From assembly GCA_003552745.1 (NCBI GenBank), contig PUOG01000134.1, positions 1 through 39,998 of the forward strand: DNA of 39,998 bases. The letters run 5' to 3'. Positions 1 to 8,512 of the stretch are shown one piece after another (position 1 is the first letter of the stretch; each line of letters opens with the position of its first letter). The position numbers and the translations under genes were made by a program. The notes under the pieces are model-generated. The model saw only the letters and a list, made by a program, of their open reading frames with translations, did not search any database and was not told where the DNA came from. Origin of the DNA: Spirochaetaceae bacterium. Lineage in GTDB: Bacteria; Spirochaetota; Spirochaetia; DSM-27196; SKKC01.

Positions 1-452
1 ACCTCCGGCAGCGGGCCGGGGTCTACCGCGGTCTTGATAAAGCCGGGGTGCACTCCGGTGCCGTTGATGCCGTCGCGCCACTCGGCGATCCACTGAGAGG
101 CGAGCGCTTCAGCATCGATCTCGAACGTCTGCTTCGGAAGGTACGGCGGTTTGTACTGGCCGGTGTTCGTGACGATCTTAAGTCCCGTTTTCTCGGACAG
201 CGTCTTCAGGATCGCAGGATCGCGGGCCAGATACATCGGAGTGCAATCGACGAACGCATTCACCCCCATCTCCACTAACTCGGCGAGCGGTGGAGCCATC
301 GTTCCGATCACATCATCGGCATCGTAGCGGTGGGGTCCCGTTTCGTCGGCGCCGACGAAATCGACGAGGATGTGCTCGTGCGGCAGGGTGAACCCGAGAT
401 CGTTCGACTCCACCGCACCGGTCACGGTCATAACCCGGCCTTCATGGTTCAT
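1..452 (-). CDS. phosphotriesterase-family (PTE/PHP, amidohydrolase superfamily) protein; N-terminal part only, C-terminus lies beyond the window start
   Basis: Absent from the ORF track because there is no stop in the window. My reverse-complement translation from the ATG at 452-450 reads MNHEGRVMTVTGAVESNDLGFTLPHEHILVDFVGADETGPHRYDADDVIGT... The G-x-T-L-x-HEH metal-binding motif is typical of the family. GGGAGG lies 9 nt upstream of the ATG. Confidence 0.7.
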   Translation of the reverse strand, partial: MNHEGRVMTVTGAVESNDLGFTLPHEHILVDFVGADETGPHRYDADDVIGTMAPPLAELVEMGVNAFVDCTPMYLARDPAILKTLSEKTGLKIVTNTGQYKPPYLPKQTFEIDAEALASQWIAEWRDGINGTGVHPGFIKTAVDPGPLPE

Positions 453-489
453 AGTTCCAATCCTCCCGTTCGTCCCACGGTTCGCCGCG

Positions 490-1761
490 TCAGGTTCCCC
501 GGTACTTCCGCTCGCGCATTTCGGCGGTGACCGCGTGGGCAATCATCCCTTCAGCGCGGCATTGGCGCGCGCATACGCCGGCGATGTCGGCGCTCGCCTC
601 GGGGGTCATGCGCTGATAGGTCACCGTCTTCAGAAACTTACCGACCCACAACCCGCCGGTATAGCGAGCCGACCGCGAGGTAGGCAGGATATGGTTGGTG
701 CCGATGCTCTTGTCGCCGTAGGCGACGGTCGTCTCCTCTCCCATGAACAGCGATCCGTAGTTGCGAAGTCGCCCGAGATAGTAGTCGGGGTCAGCTACGA
801 GAAGTTCGAGATGTTCCGGTGCGTAGTCGTCGCTTATCGCAATCGCCTCCTCCGCCGAATCGGCGATGCAGACGATGCCGTTCTCGCTCCAGGAGGCACG
901 AGCGATCTCGGCGGTGGGAAGCTGCGGAAGCTGCCGTTCCATCTCCTCGAGAACCGCCCCGGCCATCCGCTCGCTGAAGCACACCAGGAGCTGTCCGCTG
1001 GCCGGATCGTGTTCGGCCTGTCCGAGGATATCCGCCGCCACGATCTGTGCATCGGCATTATCATCGGCAATGACGGCGATTTCGGTCGGGCCGGCGAGAA
1101 TATCGATCCCGCACTGTCCATAGAGCCGGCGCTTGGCCTCGACCACGTACTTGTTGCCGGCGCCACAGAGAATATCGGCCGGCGGCACTTCGGCGAAGCC
1201 GAACGCCATAAGCGCGAACGCCTGCACACCGCCGAGCACGAAGATCCGGTCCGCGCCGGCGGCAGCCATTGCGTGGATCGTCGCCGGATACGGCCCCTCG
1301 CCCTTCACCGGCGGAGTACAGGCGACGATTTCGCGTACACCCGCGACCCGTGCCGGGATAATGCTCATCTGCGCCGAGCCGAACATCGGATAGCGTCCGC
1401 CGGGGATGTAGCTTCCGACGGTGTCTACGGGGATATGCTTGTGCCCGAGCGTTACCCCGGGTCGTATCTCCGACTCCAGCGGCTGCAACGTCTCCAGTTG
1501 CGCCTGCGCGAACCGACGCACGTTCTCCTGGCAATACTCGGTATCTTCGATCTGCTGCTTCGAGCATTTCGCGATCGCAGCATCTATCTCACTGCGCGAG
1601 AGCTCGAACGAATCGGGGCTCCAACCGTCGAATCGTTCGCTGTACTTGCGAACGGCATCCATACCGTTACGCTCGAGCTCGTCGAGCATGCCTGCTACCG
1701 CATCGGCGGCTTCGCTGTCGCGCGTAAATCCGCCGTGGCTACCTTCTTTGAGTATTCTCAT
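490..1761 (-). CDS. histidinol dehydrogenase-family (HisD-like) NAD-dependent dehydrogenase; context suggests a catabolic paralog rather than histidine biosynthesis
   Basis: 423-aa ORF with HisD-family hallmarks seen directly: GPTEIAVIADD, LGQAEHDP, YAPEHLEL, GTNHILPT. It stops 38 nt upstream of the PTE gene on the same strand. No other his genes are nearby. Confidence 0.75.
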   Translation of the reverse strand: MRILKEGSHGGFTRDSEAADAVAGMLDELERNGMDAVRKYSERFDGWSPDSFELSRSEIDAAIAKCSKQQIEDTEYCQENVRRFAQAQLETLQPLESEIRPGVTLGHKHIPVDTVGSYIPGGRYPMFGSAQMSIIPARVAGVREIVACTPPVKGEGPYPATIHAMAAAGADRIFVLGGVQAFALMAFGFAEVPPADILCGAGNKYVVEAKRRLYGQCGIDILAGPTEIAVIADDNADAQIVAADILGQAEHDPASGQLLVCFSERMAGAVLEEMERQLPQLPTAEIARASWSENGIVCIADSAEEAIAISDDYAPEHLELLVADPDYYLGRLRNYGSLFMGEETTVAYGDKSIGTNHILPTSRSARYTGGLWVGKFLKTVTYQRMTPEASADIAGVCARQCRAEGMIAHAVTAEMRERKYRGT

Positions 1762-1800
1762 CTATACCATTCTCCCGTCCGGGACGAGATATGCCGGGCC

Positions 1801-2346
1801 TCACTCCCACTCGAACGCAGCGCGCAGCTCGTCGCGTCGCGCCGAGATCAACTGCATCTCCGATGCCGGCATCTTATCACCGAACTCAACCTGACTCCAC
1901 TCGGCGATCGCCTCATCGAGTCCGGCGATCATCTCGTCTTTCTGCTCGGGCGTGAAATAGGGCGTCTCTCGAATCTGATCCCGCTGGCGCTCCAGTTCCT
2001 GGATCATACCGGGCATCTGCGCCGAAAGATCGAGCGCCATCAGTCCAGTGGATGTCTGCGTGGCTACGTAGAAAAAGCGATCTACGCTCCATCCACGCTG
2101 TTCGAGAAACTGCTCCATATCACTGGTGTATGTATACACCGAGGAGAAGTCGGAGAAATCCTCCGCTTGAATTGCCTCCCCGCGCGCCTCGCTCAGGTCG
2201 ACGAAATCCGGCCAGTCGCCGATAAACCGGTCGAGCTCCCCGGAGGTGAACGGCTCCTGCTGCGCCGATGCTGCCACGGCGAGCATGAGAAACACCCCGG
2301 GAAGGAGCGCGCGAACAATCCGATCACGCACGGTAGTGTACTTCAT
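1801..2346 (-). CDS. secreted/periplasmic hypothetical protein (acidic)
   Basis: In-frame ATG at 2346 gives MKYTTVRDRIVRALLPGVFLMLAVAASAQQ, a signal-peptide-like N-terminus. No family recognised. Start is uncertain because there is no well-spaced SD. Confidence 0.5.
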   Translation of the reverse strand: MKYTTVRDRIVRALLPGVFLMLAVAASAQQEPFTSGELDRFIGDWPDFVDLSEARGEAIQAEDFSDFSSVYTYTSDMEQFLEQRGWSVDRFFYVATQTSTGLMALDLSAQMPGMIQELERQRDQIRETPYFTPEQKDEMIAGLDEAIAEWSQVEFGDKMPASEMQLISARRDELRAAFEWE

Positions 2347-2446
2347 CCTTTCACTAGATAGCCCTTTCACCCCTCCGTCAAGCGCAACGACCGTGTTAGG
2401 ATGAAGGTCACTTTCAAATCTCACAGAAAAACGGAGGCAGGCAATT

Positions 2447-3223
2447 ATGAGTGACTTCCCATCGAACTATCCGACGTCGGGCAAAGAGTTTCTCGACATC
2501 TGCAAGGAGTTTCTCGAAGAGATCGAACGGCGCGAGGCGGCAAATCTCGAGTCCGCCGGCGGCATGATCGCCGAAAAGGTGTTGGCCGACGAGATCGTGT
2601 ACGTCGTCGGATGCGGCGGGCACAGCTGGGTTCCACCGATGGACATGTTCTGCCGTGCCGGCGGTCTGGTACCGATCAGCGCGTTGATGGATGTCAGCAC
2701 CTCGACGTTGACCGGCGGCTTCAAGAGCGTGCTCACCGAGCGGGTTCCCGGTTATATGACCGCGCTCTTCGACTATCACCGAATCGCCGACGGCGACCTG
2801 GTGCTCATTTTCAACAACGTCGGCGTCAACGCGCTGACCATTGATGCCGCTCTGGAATGCCGCAAACGCGGGGCGAAGAGCATCGGCGTGGCCGGATCGC
2901 CGTGGCAGGAGCAGCTCTCGGAGGACTCGGCGGTCCGCCATCCGAGCAAGAAGAATCTCAAAGACATTGTCGACCTCTTCATAGACGATTACAATCCGGT
3001 CGGCGACTGTGTCATGAACCTGCCGGGTATGGACAGCTCGATCGCCCCGATTTCGACAATTACCGACGGGTACATCGTCCGGCGCATAGAGATAGAGGCG
3101 ATAAAGGCGATACTGGCTGCCGGCGAAAAGGCACCCGTGTGGGTCAGCGCGAACAACCCCGACGGCGACGCTCGCAACGAAGAATACCTGAAGGAGTACT
3201 TCTACCGCGTCAAGCTGTTCTGA
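2447..3223 (+). CDS. SIS (sugar isomerase/phosphosugar-binding) domain protein, UPF0309-like
   Basis: 258-aa ORF. VYVVGCGGHS followed by DLVLIFNNVGVN resembles the SIS nucleotide/phosphosugar-binding fold. GGAGG lies upstream of the ATG. First gene of a plus-strand trio. Confidence 0.55.
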   Translation: MSDFPSNYPTSGKEFLDICKEFLEEIERREAANLESAGGMIAEKVLADEIVYVVGCGGHSWVPPMDMFCRAGGLVPISALMDVSTSTLTGGFKSVLTERVPGYMTALFDYHRIADGDLVLIFNNVGVNALTIDAALECRKRGAKSIGVAGSPWQEQLSEDSAVRHPSKKNLKDIVDLFIDDYNPVGDCVMNLPGMDSSIAPISTITDGYIVRRIEIEAIKAILAAGEKAPVWVSANNPDGDARNEEYLKEYFYRVKLF

Positions 3224-3224
3224 G

Positions 3225-3722
3225 GTGAAAATGGACTACTACGACTTTCGGATCAAGGGAGAAGCGGTCGGCTACTTCGAATGCTCGGAGAGCGAAGATG
3301 AGATCTACCAGAGCGCAGTTCTCGCGATCGACGGGCAGGTCGAACGGAATACCTTTCGCGTTGCACTGCAACACGGCCGCCCGTCGAAGTTCCGAATCGG
3401 TGACGCACGCTGGTACAGCGTGCCGGAGGGCACCTGGCCGAGCTGCACGTACCCGATTCTGCTGCGAGAAGGGATCGAACACTTCTTCTCCCTCGACGAA
3501 GGCTCGGGCGAGGTAAGTGATGTCGAGCTGCACTACGACGGCGAGGTGGTCACCGAACTCTCCGACGGAGAGGTGCGACGGCGATTCCGCCTTCGGGACG
3601 GGAAGGTAGTCCGAATATCGTGGGGCGGCACCGCCGAATCGGCGCTCAAACGCACGAAGGCGGATGCGGTCGCCGGGTCACCGCTCGCCGATGACGATTC
3701 TCCGCCTCGGGGGCGAAGTTGA
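3225..3722 (+). CDS. hypothetical protein
   Basis: 165-aa ORF starting 2 nt after the SIS gene stop, with GAGGTGA upstream. It overlaps the next gene by 4 nt, which looks like translational coupling. No family recognised. Confidence 0.45.
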   Translation: MKMDYYDFRIKGEAVGYFECSESEDEIYQSAVLAIDGQVERNTFRVALQHGRPSKFRIGDARWYSVPEGTWPSCTYPILLREGIEHFFSLDEGSGEVSDVELHYDGEVVTELSDGEVRRRFRLRDGKVVRISWGGTAESALKRTKADAVAGSPLADDDSPPRGRS

Positions 3723-4906
3723 GCGAGGAGAGGCAGCGCGCGTCGCTCGATGCCGGCGACCGCGAGCTCGTCGACATTGCCGCACGCGCTATCGGGATAT
3801 ACAGCCCGACCTACCACGAGTCGCCGGCCGTCGACTTTCTCGAAGCGGCGGCGGCCGAACGCTCTCTGCCGGTACGACGCCAGACGGTGCGATCCTCCGC
3901 CCGCGACCTGTCTGCCGACGGAGTAGCCGGATACAACCTGATTATCGAAGTGGGCCCGCAGCCTCCGGCGCTGCTCCTCGTCGGGCACATCGATACGGTA
4001 CCCGGCGGCGGGCCCGCCGAGGCGATCGCGCGACTCGAAAACGGCAGACTGGCCGGGCTCGGAGCGGTCGACATGAAGGGCGCCTGCGCGGCGATGCTGC
4101 TGGCGGCAGCCGACGTAGCGTCGGCCACCGCTGCAAGTGCGCTCGGCCGCGGCTTCGCCGTACATCTGCTCGTGGGAGAAGAGGAATACGGCGACGGAGC
4201 GGCGGCCGCCGTCTCCGAGCTGACGTCTGCACCGGGGTACGGCTCCGCACCGCCCCCGCTGGTCGTCGTCGGCGAGCCGACGCGACTGAGCCCGTGCACC
4301 GAGCACGTGTCCTACTACGAGGGCATACTTCGAACCGGTGGTACAACCGCACACGCAGCGCTGCCGGGCCGGGGTGCGAATGCCATCTCCGCCATGATCG
4401 ACTGGATCGACGAGATCGAATCGCGCATGGCCTCACACGACTCTCTCGTCCTCAACCCGCGATCGATCCGTGGCGGAACCGAGGAGTTTCTCGTACCCGA
4501 TTTCTGCGAAGTACAGGTTGATGTGCATGCCGGCCCCGAAACCGCCGAAACCGAGATCGAACGGGTCGTCTCAGATTCGGCGCGCTTTGCCGAACAGCGC
4601 CGGCCGGGCCGGGATTACGAGTGGATGCAAACCTTTTTTAGCGCGGGCTTTCGTCTGCAACCGGGAGATCGGTCCATCGAGGCGCTTCGAAGCGCGCTGC
4701 AACTGATCGGCCGACCGTGGAAGCCGGGTCGATTCCCCTCCCACTCGGACGCACCGATCTACGCAGCCGCCGGTATGCCGACGGTCGTCTGCGGACCGGG
4801 GTCACTCGAGGTAGCACACACCGGCGCGGAGTTCGTGGAGCTTTCCGAGCTGATTGCCGCACGCCGGCTCTACGGCGAGCTTATACGGTGCGCGGCCGCC
4901 GGATAG
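3719..4906 (+). CDS. M20-family metallopeptidase/amidohydrolase (ArgE/DapE-like deacylase)
   Basis: 395-aa ORF with LLLVGHIDTVPGG, GLGAVDMKGACAAMLLA and LLVGEEEYGDG motifs typical of the M20 family. TTG start as given by the track; exact start uncertain. Confidence 0.7.
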   Translation: MSEERQRASLDAGDRELVDIAARAIGIYSPTYHESPAVDFLEAAAAERSLPVRRQTVRSSARDLSADGVAGYNLIIEVGPQPPALLLVGHIDTVPGGGPAEAIARLENGRLAGLGAVDMKGACAAMLLAAADVASATAASALGRGFAVHLLVGEEEYGDGAAAAVSELTSAPGYGSAPPPLVVVGEPTRLSPCTEHVSYYEGILRTGGTTAHAALPGRGANAISAMIDWIDEIESRMASHDSLVLNPRSIRGGTEEFLVPDFCEVQVDVHAGPETAETEIERVVSDSARFAEQRRPGRDYEWMQTFFSAGFRLQPGDRSIEALRSALQLIGRPWKPGRFPSHSDAPIYAAAGMPTVVCGPGSLEVAHTGAEFVELSELIAARRLYGELIRCAAAG

Positions 4907-4934
4907 TGACCGGCGGCCGGTTTTGTTGTCCAAA

Positions 4935-5405
4935 TCAATCGAGGGAATCGCTTACAACGTAAACGATGCCGTTCTCGACAGCTATCGCGTCCTCGATTTC
5001 CACCTCTCCGTTCAGGACGACCTCGTCGTCTTCCTGCTCGACGTCGACTTCAGTCTCATCGGCGGTTGCGAACCATTCAATGAACTCGATCGGCTCATGT
5101 GACGCAATTCCGAATGCGACGTGGCTGTTGAACAGCTCCTGAAGCTCCTCCGGAGAGAGATCGGCAGCCTCGATGCCGTCCAGCGCATCGTCGGCCGGTG
5201 CGAAGAGCGCGAGATTCGTTTCACCGTCGAGCACGTCGGCGAACGCTTCGGCGAACAGATCGTACGCCGCCGAAGTTTCCTCGTGCTCGGCTATCGCGTC
5301 CAGCGCCGTCTCGTCATCGGCCTCTCCCGGCTGCTCCTGCGCACCGAGCGGTGCGAGAACAAGCGCGGATAATGCAAAAACAGCGACAAGATGTTTCACT
5401 TTCAT
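4935..5405 (-). CDS. secreted fasciclin (FAS1) domain protein
   Basis: ATG at 5405 is preceded by GGAGGAGG. MKVKHLVAVFALSALVLAPLGAQE is a signal peptide. LFAPADDAL and NGIVYVVSDSL are FAS1-like motifs. Confidence 0.65.
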   Translation of the reverse strand: MKVKHLVAVFALSALVLAPLGAQEQPGEADDETALDAIAEHEETSAAYDLFAEAFADVLDGETNLALFAPADDALDGIEAADLSPEELQELFNSHVAFGIASHEPIEFIEWFATADETEVDVEQEDDEVVLNGEVEIEDAIAVENGIVYVVSDSLD

Positions 5406-5615
5406 AATGTCCTCCTCCACCCGAGCCGATTGATTGTTTCGTAGCGTCTTACCGGCTCCGGGTGTCTGCTGTTTCTATGAGCAAGTATGCCGCGCACGTA
5501 TCAAATGTCAGGAAAAGGCCGTGGAAGATTGTGTCAAGAAATGTCTCTTGCACTTTTTCGCACGTCGGCTCGACGGCCCGACCGCTGCGGTGTAGGGTGA
5601 GGTCCGGATTTCGCC

Positions 5616-6392
5616 ATGCCCGTCACAATCGCAGATACCGCCGCACCGCTTGCCGGCGCCCCGTTCTGGATCGGCGAGGTGCTGAAAGTCGTATCGCTGT
5701 ACACCGTCTCCTGGCTCAGCGCGCAGCTGGTCATACACTGCCACGTGCGGGTGAACTACACCCGCAAGATCAACCACTTTGCCCTCTTTTTCATCCCCAT
5801 GCTGCTCACCCTCCTCATCGAGTACGAGCGCACGCTCGCCACCGCGGTTGTCAGCAGCGCAACGCTGCTTTTTGCGATATTGCTGATGACCGCACCGGTA
5901 CGCCGCCGTATTCCGTTCTTCGCGACCGCCTTCCGCTCGTTCGACCGGCCGGAGGATCGTCCCAACACGATGGTCTGGCTCATCACCCAGATCGTCGCCG
6001 GCTACATCGTGCTCGCACCGCTGCTTCTCATACTCGACGCACTCGAGGCCGCCGACCTGGTCATGATTCCGGTGCTCATAAACGCCGTCGGCGACGGACT
6101 CGCCGAACCGGTCGGCGTGCGTTTCGGACGTCACACCTACCGCGTAACCGCCCTCGGCACGACCCGCACCTACACAAGGAGCATCGAAGGCAGCGCATGC
6201 GTCTTCGCGAGCGCCGTCGGTGTCGTGCTGTTCTTCGCATCGTATTTCACCGGCGGGCAGCTTATCGCCGCGCTCATCGTAGTGCCGACAGTGACAACCC
6301 TCGCCGAGGCGTGGTCTCCACACACCTGGGACACCCCTTTTCTCTTCCTTACCGGGAGTCTCTCGGTGCTCGGCGTGCTCGTGCTCGTGTAG
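5616..6392 (+). CDS. polytopic membrane protein of the CDP-alcohol/CTP-transferase-1 superfamily (phosphatidate cytidylyltransferase, dolichol kinase or phytol kinase like)
   Basis: 258-aa ORF that is hydrophobic throughout. NAVGDGLAEPVGVRFGRH matches the GDxxAxxxGxxxG motif of this family. Confidence 0.5.
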   Translation: MPVTIADTAAPLAGAPFWIGEVLKVVSLYTVSWLSAQLVIHCHVRVNYTRKINHFALFFIPMLLTLLIEYERTLATAVVSSATLLFAILLMTAPVRRRIPFFATAFRSFDRPEDRPNTMVWLITQIVAGYIVLAPLLLILDALEAADLVMIPVLINAVGDGLAEPVGVRFGRHTYRVTALGTTRTYTRSIEGSACVFASAVGVVLFFASYFTGGQLIAALIVVPTVTTLAEAWSPHTWDTPFLFLTGSLSVLGVLVLV

Positions 6393-6407
6393 GGGCGGCG
6401 ACTTCCC

Positions 6408-8378
6408 TCAGAACTCCAGCGGACCGAGACGGTCGAGGGTTATGGTTTTCGGGAGATCGGCAGGGCGAAACCTCCTGCGAAGGCCGCGTCGGGCGGCGTC
6501 CTTGAAGTAGCGCGGAACGTTGCTGTTGCGAATGAGCGTACGGTAGAGCCGCCGCGCATCCTCGCGCCGATCGAGCATATCGCAGCAGCGGGCCCGCCAG
6601 AGATCGAGCGCCATCTGCTGCATCGGGGAATAATCGTGCTTCGCGCGCAGCTCGTTCATCAATGTCAGTGCGGAACGGAAATCGCCGTCTTTCATGTGCA
6701 GCAGCGCTTCGAGGTACTCGTATTCGGCGCACGGAAATACCTGCTTCGCCTCGGCAACCTGTCGCAACGCCTGTTCGACCCGACCGAAATTCAGCCTGCT
6801 CTGAGCGAGATCTATGCGTGCGAGCGATCGCCGTACCAGCATATTCTGCTCGTACTGTCGCTTCTGCGAAACGCGACCGTCCCTCCCGAAGAGCGGCCGG
6901 CCCGATGCAGCCAACGCCGGCAACTGTGTCCGCCGACCGAGTCCGGCCATCTCATCGTGGAAATTGAAGCCCGGGTACCGGCCGTAACACACCGCCGGCG
7001 GGCGTTCCTCGGCCATCCACGCGTTGCCGGTCGTCGGTTCGAACACCACACTGGTCAGCGTGTTGATCTGCGCCGGCAGCGCGCCGATCGGCCGCCGTTT
7101 CCCTGCCGGATCGGTCCCGGATGAGATGATGTCGACAGCTCGCTGCCGGTCGATCTGCCCGTAGTTGGCCTGCACGGCGTCGGTTATGTACTTGTGCCTG
7201 CCGATCGTATGCTCGCGTTCGAGCGGATAGGCGATCTCCTGCAGCTTCAACCTCGGGTGGATGAAATGGTTCGTCTGCACGTACACCCCCTCATCGCCGG
7301 CCCGACGTGCCACCGCGCGCTTGCTGTCGACCTCGAGGGCGAGCACATCCGAGCCGTCGGCGAAAAGCGCGGTGTGCGGCGAGGCGCAGCGCAGGCGTCG
7401 GCCATGCCGGCGGCCGGTCGCGAGAGCTTCCACATCATCCAGCGACCGCGATCGGGTGAAGAGATAGTGGTTGTAGATGAGTGATGGTATGCCGCGCAGC
7501 GAGACATTCCGCGAGATGCAGACGTGGGTCGACATCGCGATGCCGTGCTCGGAGAAGCCGGTCAGCCCGTAGCCGGGGAAGCCGGCCGCGGTGACATACG
7601 CGTACGCCGGTTTGCGCATCGGCCGGCTCGACCCGATGAATGTCGCCTGCTCGGTAGGATGATTAAGGACAACCAGCGGATCCCACGCGATCGTGCCGGG
7701 GAAGTCCATATTCCGCGCGAGGAGCGCGGCCCCCCGCCTGGTCGCCGCTCCGTTCACGTAGAACGCGCTGCACGCTCCGAGGTAGTAGTTGCCGAGCGAC
7801 GGGCCCCAGTTGAGAAAGCTCGCCGCGAGCGTTTCCATAATGTCGGGGGCAAGAATCGCGCGCAGCGCCTGCCGCCTATCGCATCCCGAACCGTCGGAAA
7901 TCCCTTCGAGCTCCTCGACGATTTCGCGGGGAAGGCGTCGCACGAGCGGCGCGTAGTAGAAGGATTCGAGAAACCGCCCGATGTGCCTGCGAACCGACTG
8001 CGGCAGAAATCGCAGCGCATCCGACCGGAGGAAAAGATCGTAGAGGAAGTCGCCGTAGAACTCCGCCACCTTCCGTTCGGCGATCGTCTCGCGGAGCAGC
8101 CGCCCGTGGCCGAGTCCGCGCTCGTACGGCGTCCCGAAAAGGTGCAGCAGGCGCAGTCGCCCGCGCCGTTCGAGTAGCGCCCCGGTTTCGCGGTCGCTCC
8201 ACCACTCGCCGGACTCATCGACGAGGACGCCGTCCCGGTGCTCCGACCAGGAGAAGCTCCGGCCGAGCGTCCGTTGGATGTTCTCGTATACGCCCGCGTG
8301 GCCGTCCGCCGGCGGCGCCGAAGCAAGCTCGACTCCCACGATCGCAATGCCTCCCGAACGCAGGCGTCCTCCCAACAC
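6408..8378 (-). CDS. C45-family Ntn hydrolase/acyltransferase (acyl-CoA:6-APA acyltransferase-like) with C-terminal TPR-like repeats
   Basis: 656-aa ORF. LHLFGTPYERGLGHGRLL and the GACSAFYV putative nucleophile Cys are typical of peptidase C45. The C-terminal ~170 aa are helical-repeat/TPR-like (AEYEYLEALLHMKDGDFRSALTLMNEL...). GTG start; true start uncertain. Confidence 0.6.
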   Translation of the reverse strand: MLGGRLRSGGIAIVGVELASAPPADGHAGVYENIQRTLGRSFSWSEHRDGVLVDESGEWWSDRETGALLERRGRLRLLHLFGTPYERGLGHGRLLRETIAERKVAEFYGDFLYDLFLRSDALRFLPQSVRRHIGRFLESFYYAPLVRRLPREIVEELEGISDGSGCDRRQALRAILAPDIMETLAASFLNWGPSLGNYYLGACSAFYVNGAATRRGAALLARNMDFPGTIAWDPLVVLNHPTEQATFIGSSRPMRKPAYAYVTAAGFPGYGLTGFSEHGIAMSTHVCISRNVSLRGIPSLIYNHYLFTRSRSLDDVEALATGRRHGRRLRCASPHTALFADGSDVLALEVDSKRAVARRAGDEGVYVQTNHFIHPRLKLQEIAYPLEREHTIGRHKYITDAVQANYGQIDRQRAVDIISSGTDPAGKRRPIGALPAQINTLTSVVFEPTTGNAWMAEERPPAVCYGRYPGFNFHDEMAGLGRRTQLPALAASGRPLFGRDGRVSQKRQYEQNMLVRRSLARIDLAQSRLNFGRVEQALRQVAEAKQVFPCAEYEYLEALLHMKDGDFRSALTLMNELRAKHDYSPMQQMALDLWRARCCDMLDRREDARRLYRTLIRNSNVPRYFKDAARRGLRRRFRPADLPKTITLDRLGPLEF

Positions 8379-8512
8379 GGATAATATCGACTGAGTACGC
8401 GCCGGCGATCAAGTGGCGGCGACCTGCCGGAGCCGCGCAAGCCCAGGCTCGAAGAGGCAGGCCCTTTTGAACCGGGACACGATAAGCCCCACACCACCGG
8501 CTCGCTCAGCGA

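Noticed and set aside
490-1761. Calling this gene hisD (histidine biosynthesis).
   Set aside because: Family membership is clear. However, it is flanked by a phosphotriesterase-like gene and a secreted protein gene with no other his genes, and HisD paralogs acting on other alcohols are known. I therefore leave the gene symbol empty.
370-2361. Very long ORFs antisense to or overlapping called genes: 370-2361 plus, 5462-6505 plus, 3533-4354 minus, 24520-25923 minus, 28140-29459 minus, 15275-16201 plus, 20679-21689 plus.
   Set aside because: They are shadow ORFs expected in GC-rich DNA. Their translations are Arg/Pro/Gly/His-rich with no recognisable motifs. The opposite or alternative frames carry clear family signatures and sensible SD and start geometry.
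8388-8399. Possible extra degenerate copies of the 23-mer. CGACTGAG-TACG at 8388-8399 is in the opposite orientation, next to the C45 gene start. Split echoes are CGTACCT (20530-20536) plus GTCGTATT (20578-20585) upstream of the second bracketing lipoprotein gene. Further echoes are CGTACCTC (28125-28132) plus TCAGTCGT (28140-28147) inside coding sequence.
   Set aside because: Each needs indels or a 10-40 nt insertion to align. The pieces are only 7-12 nt long, and I found them by eye after knowing the motif, so there is a multiple-testing problem. They are worth including in a formal motif search but are not evidence on their own.
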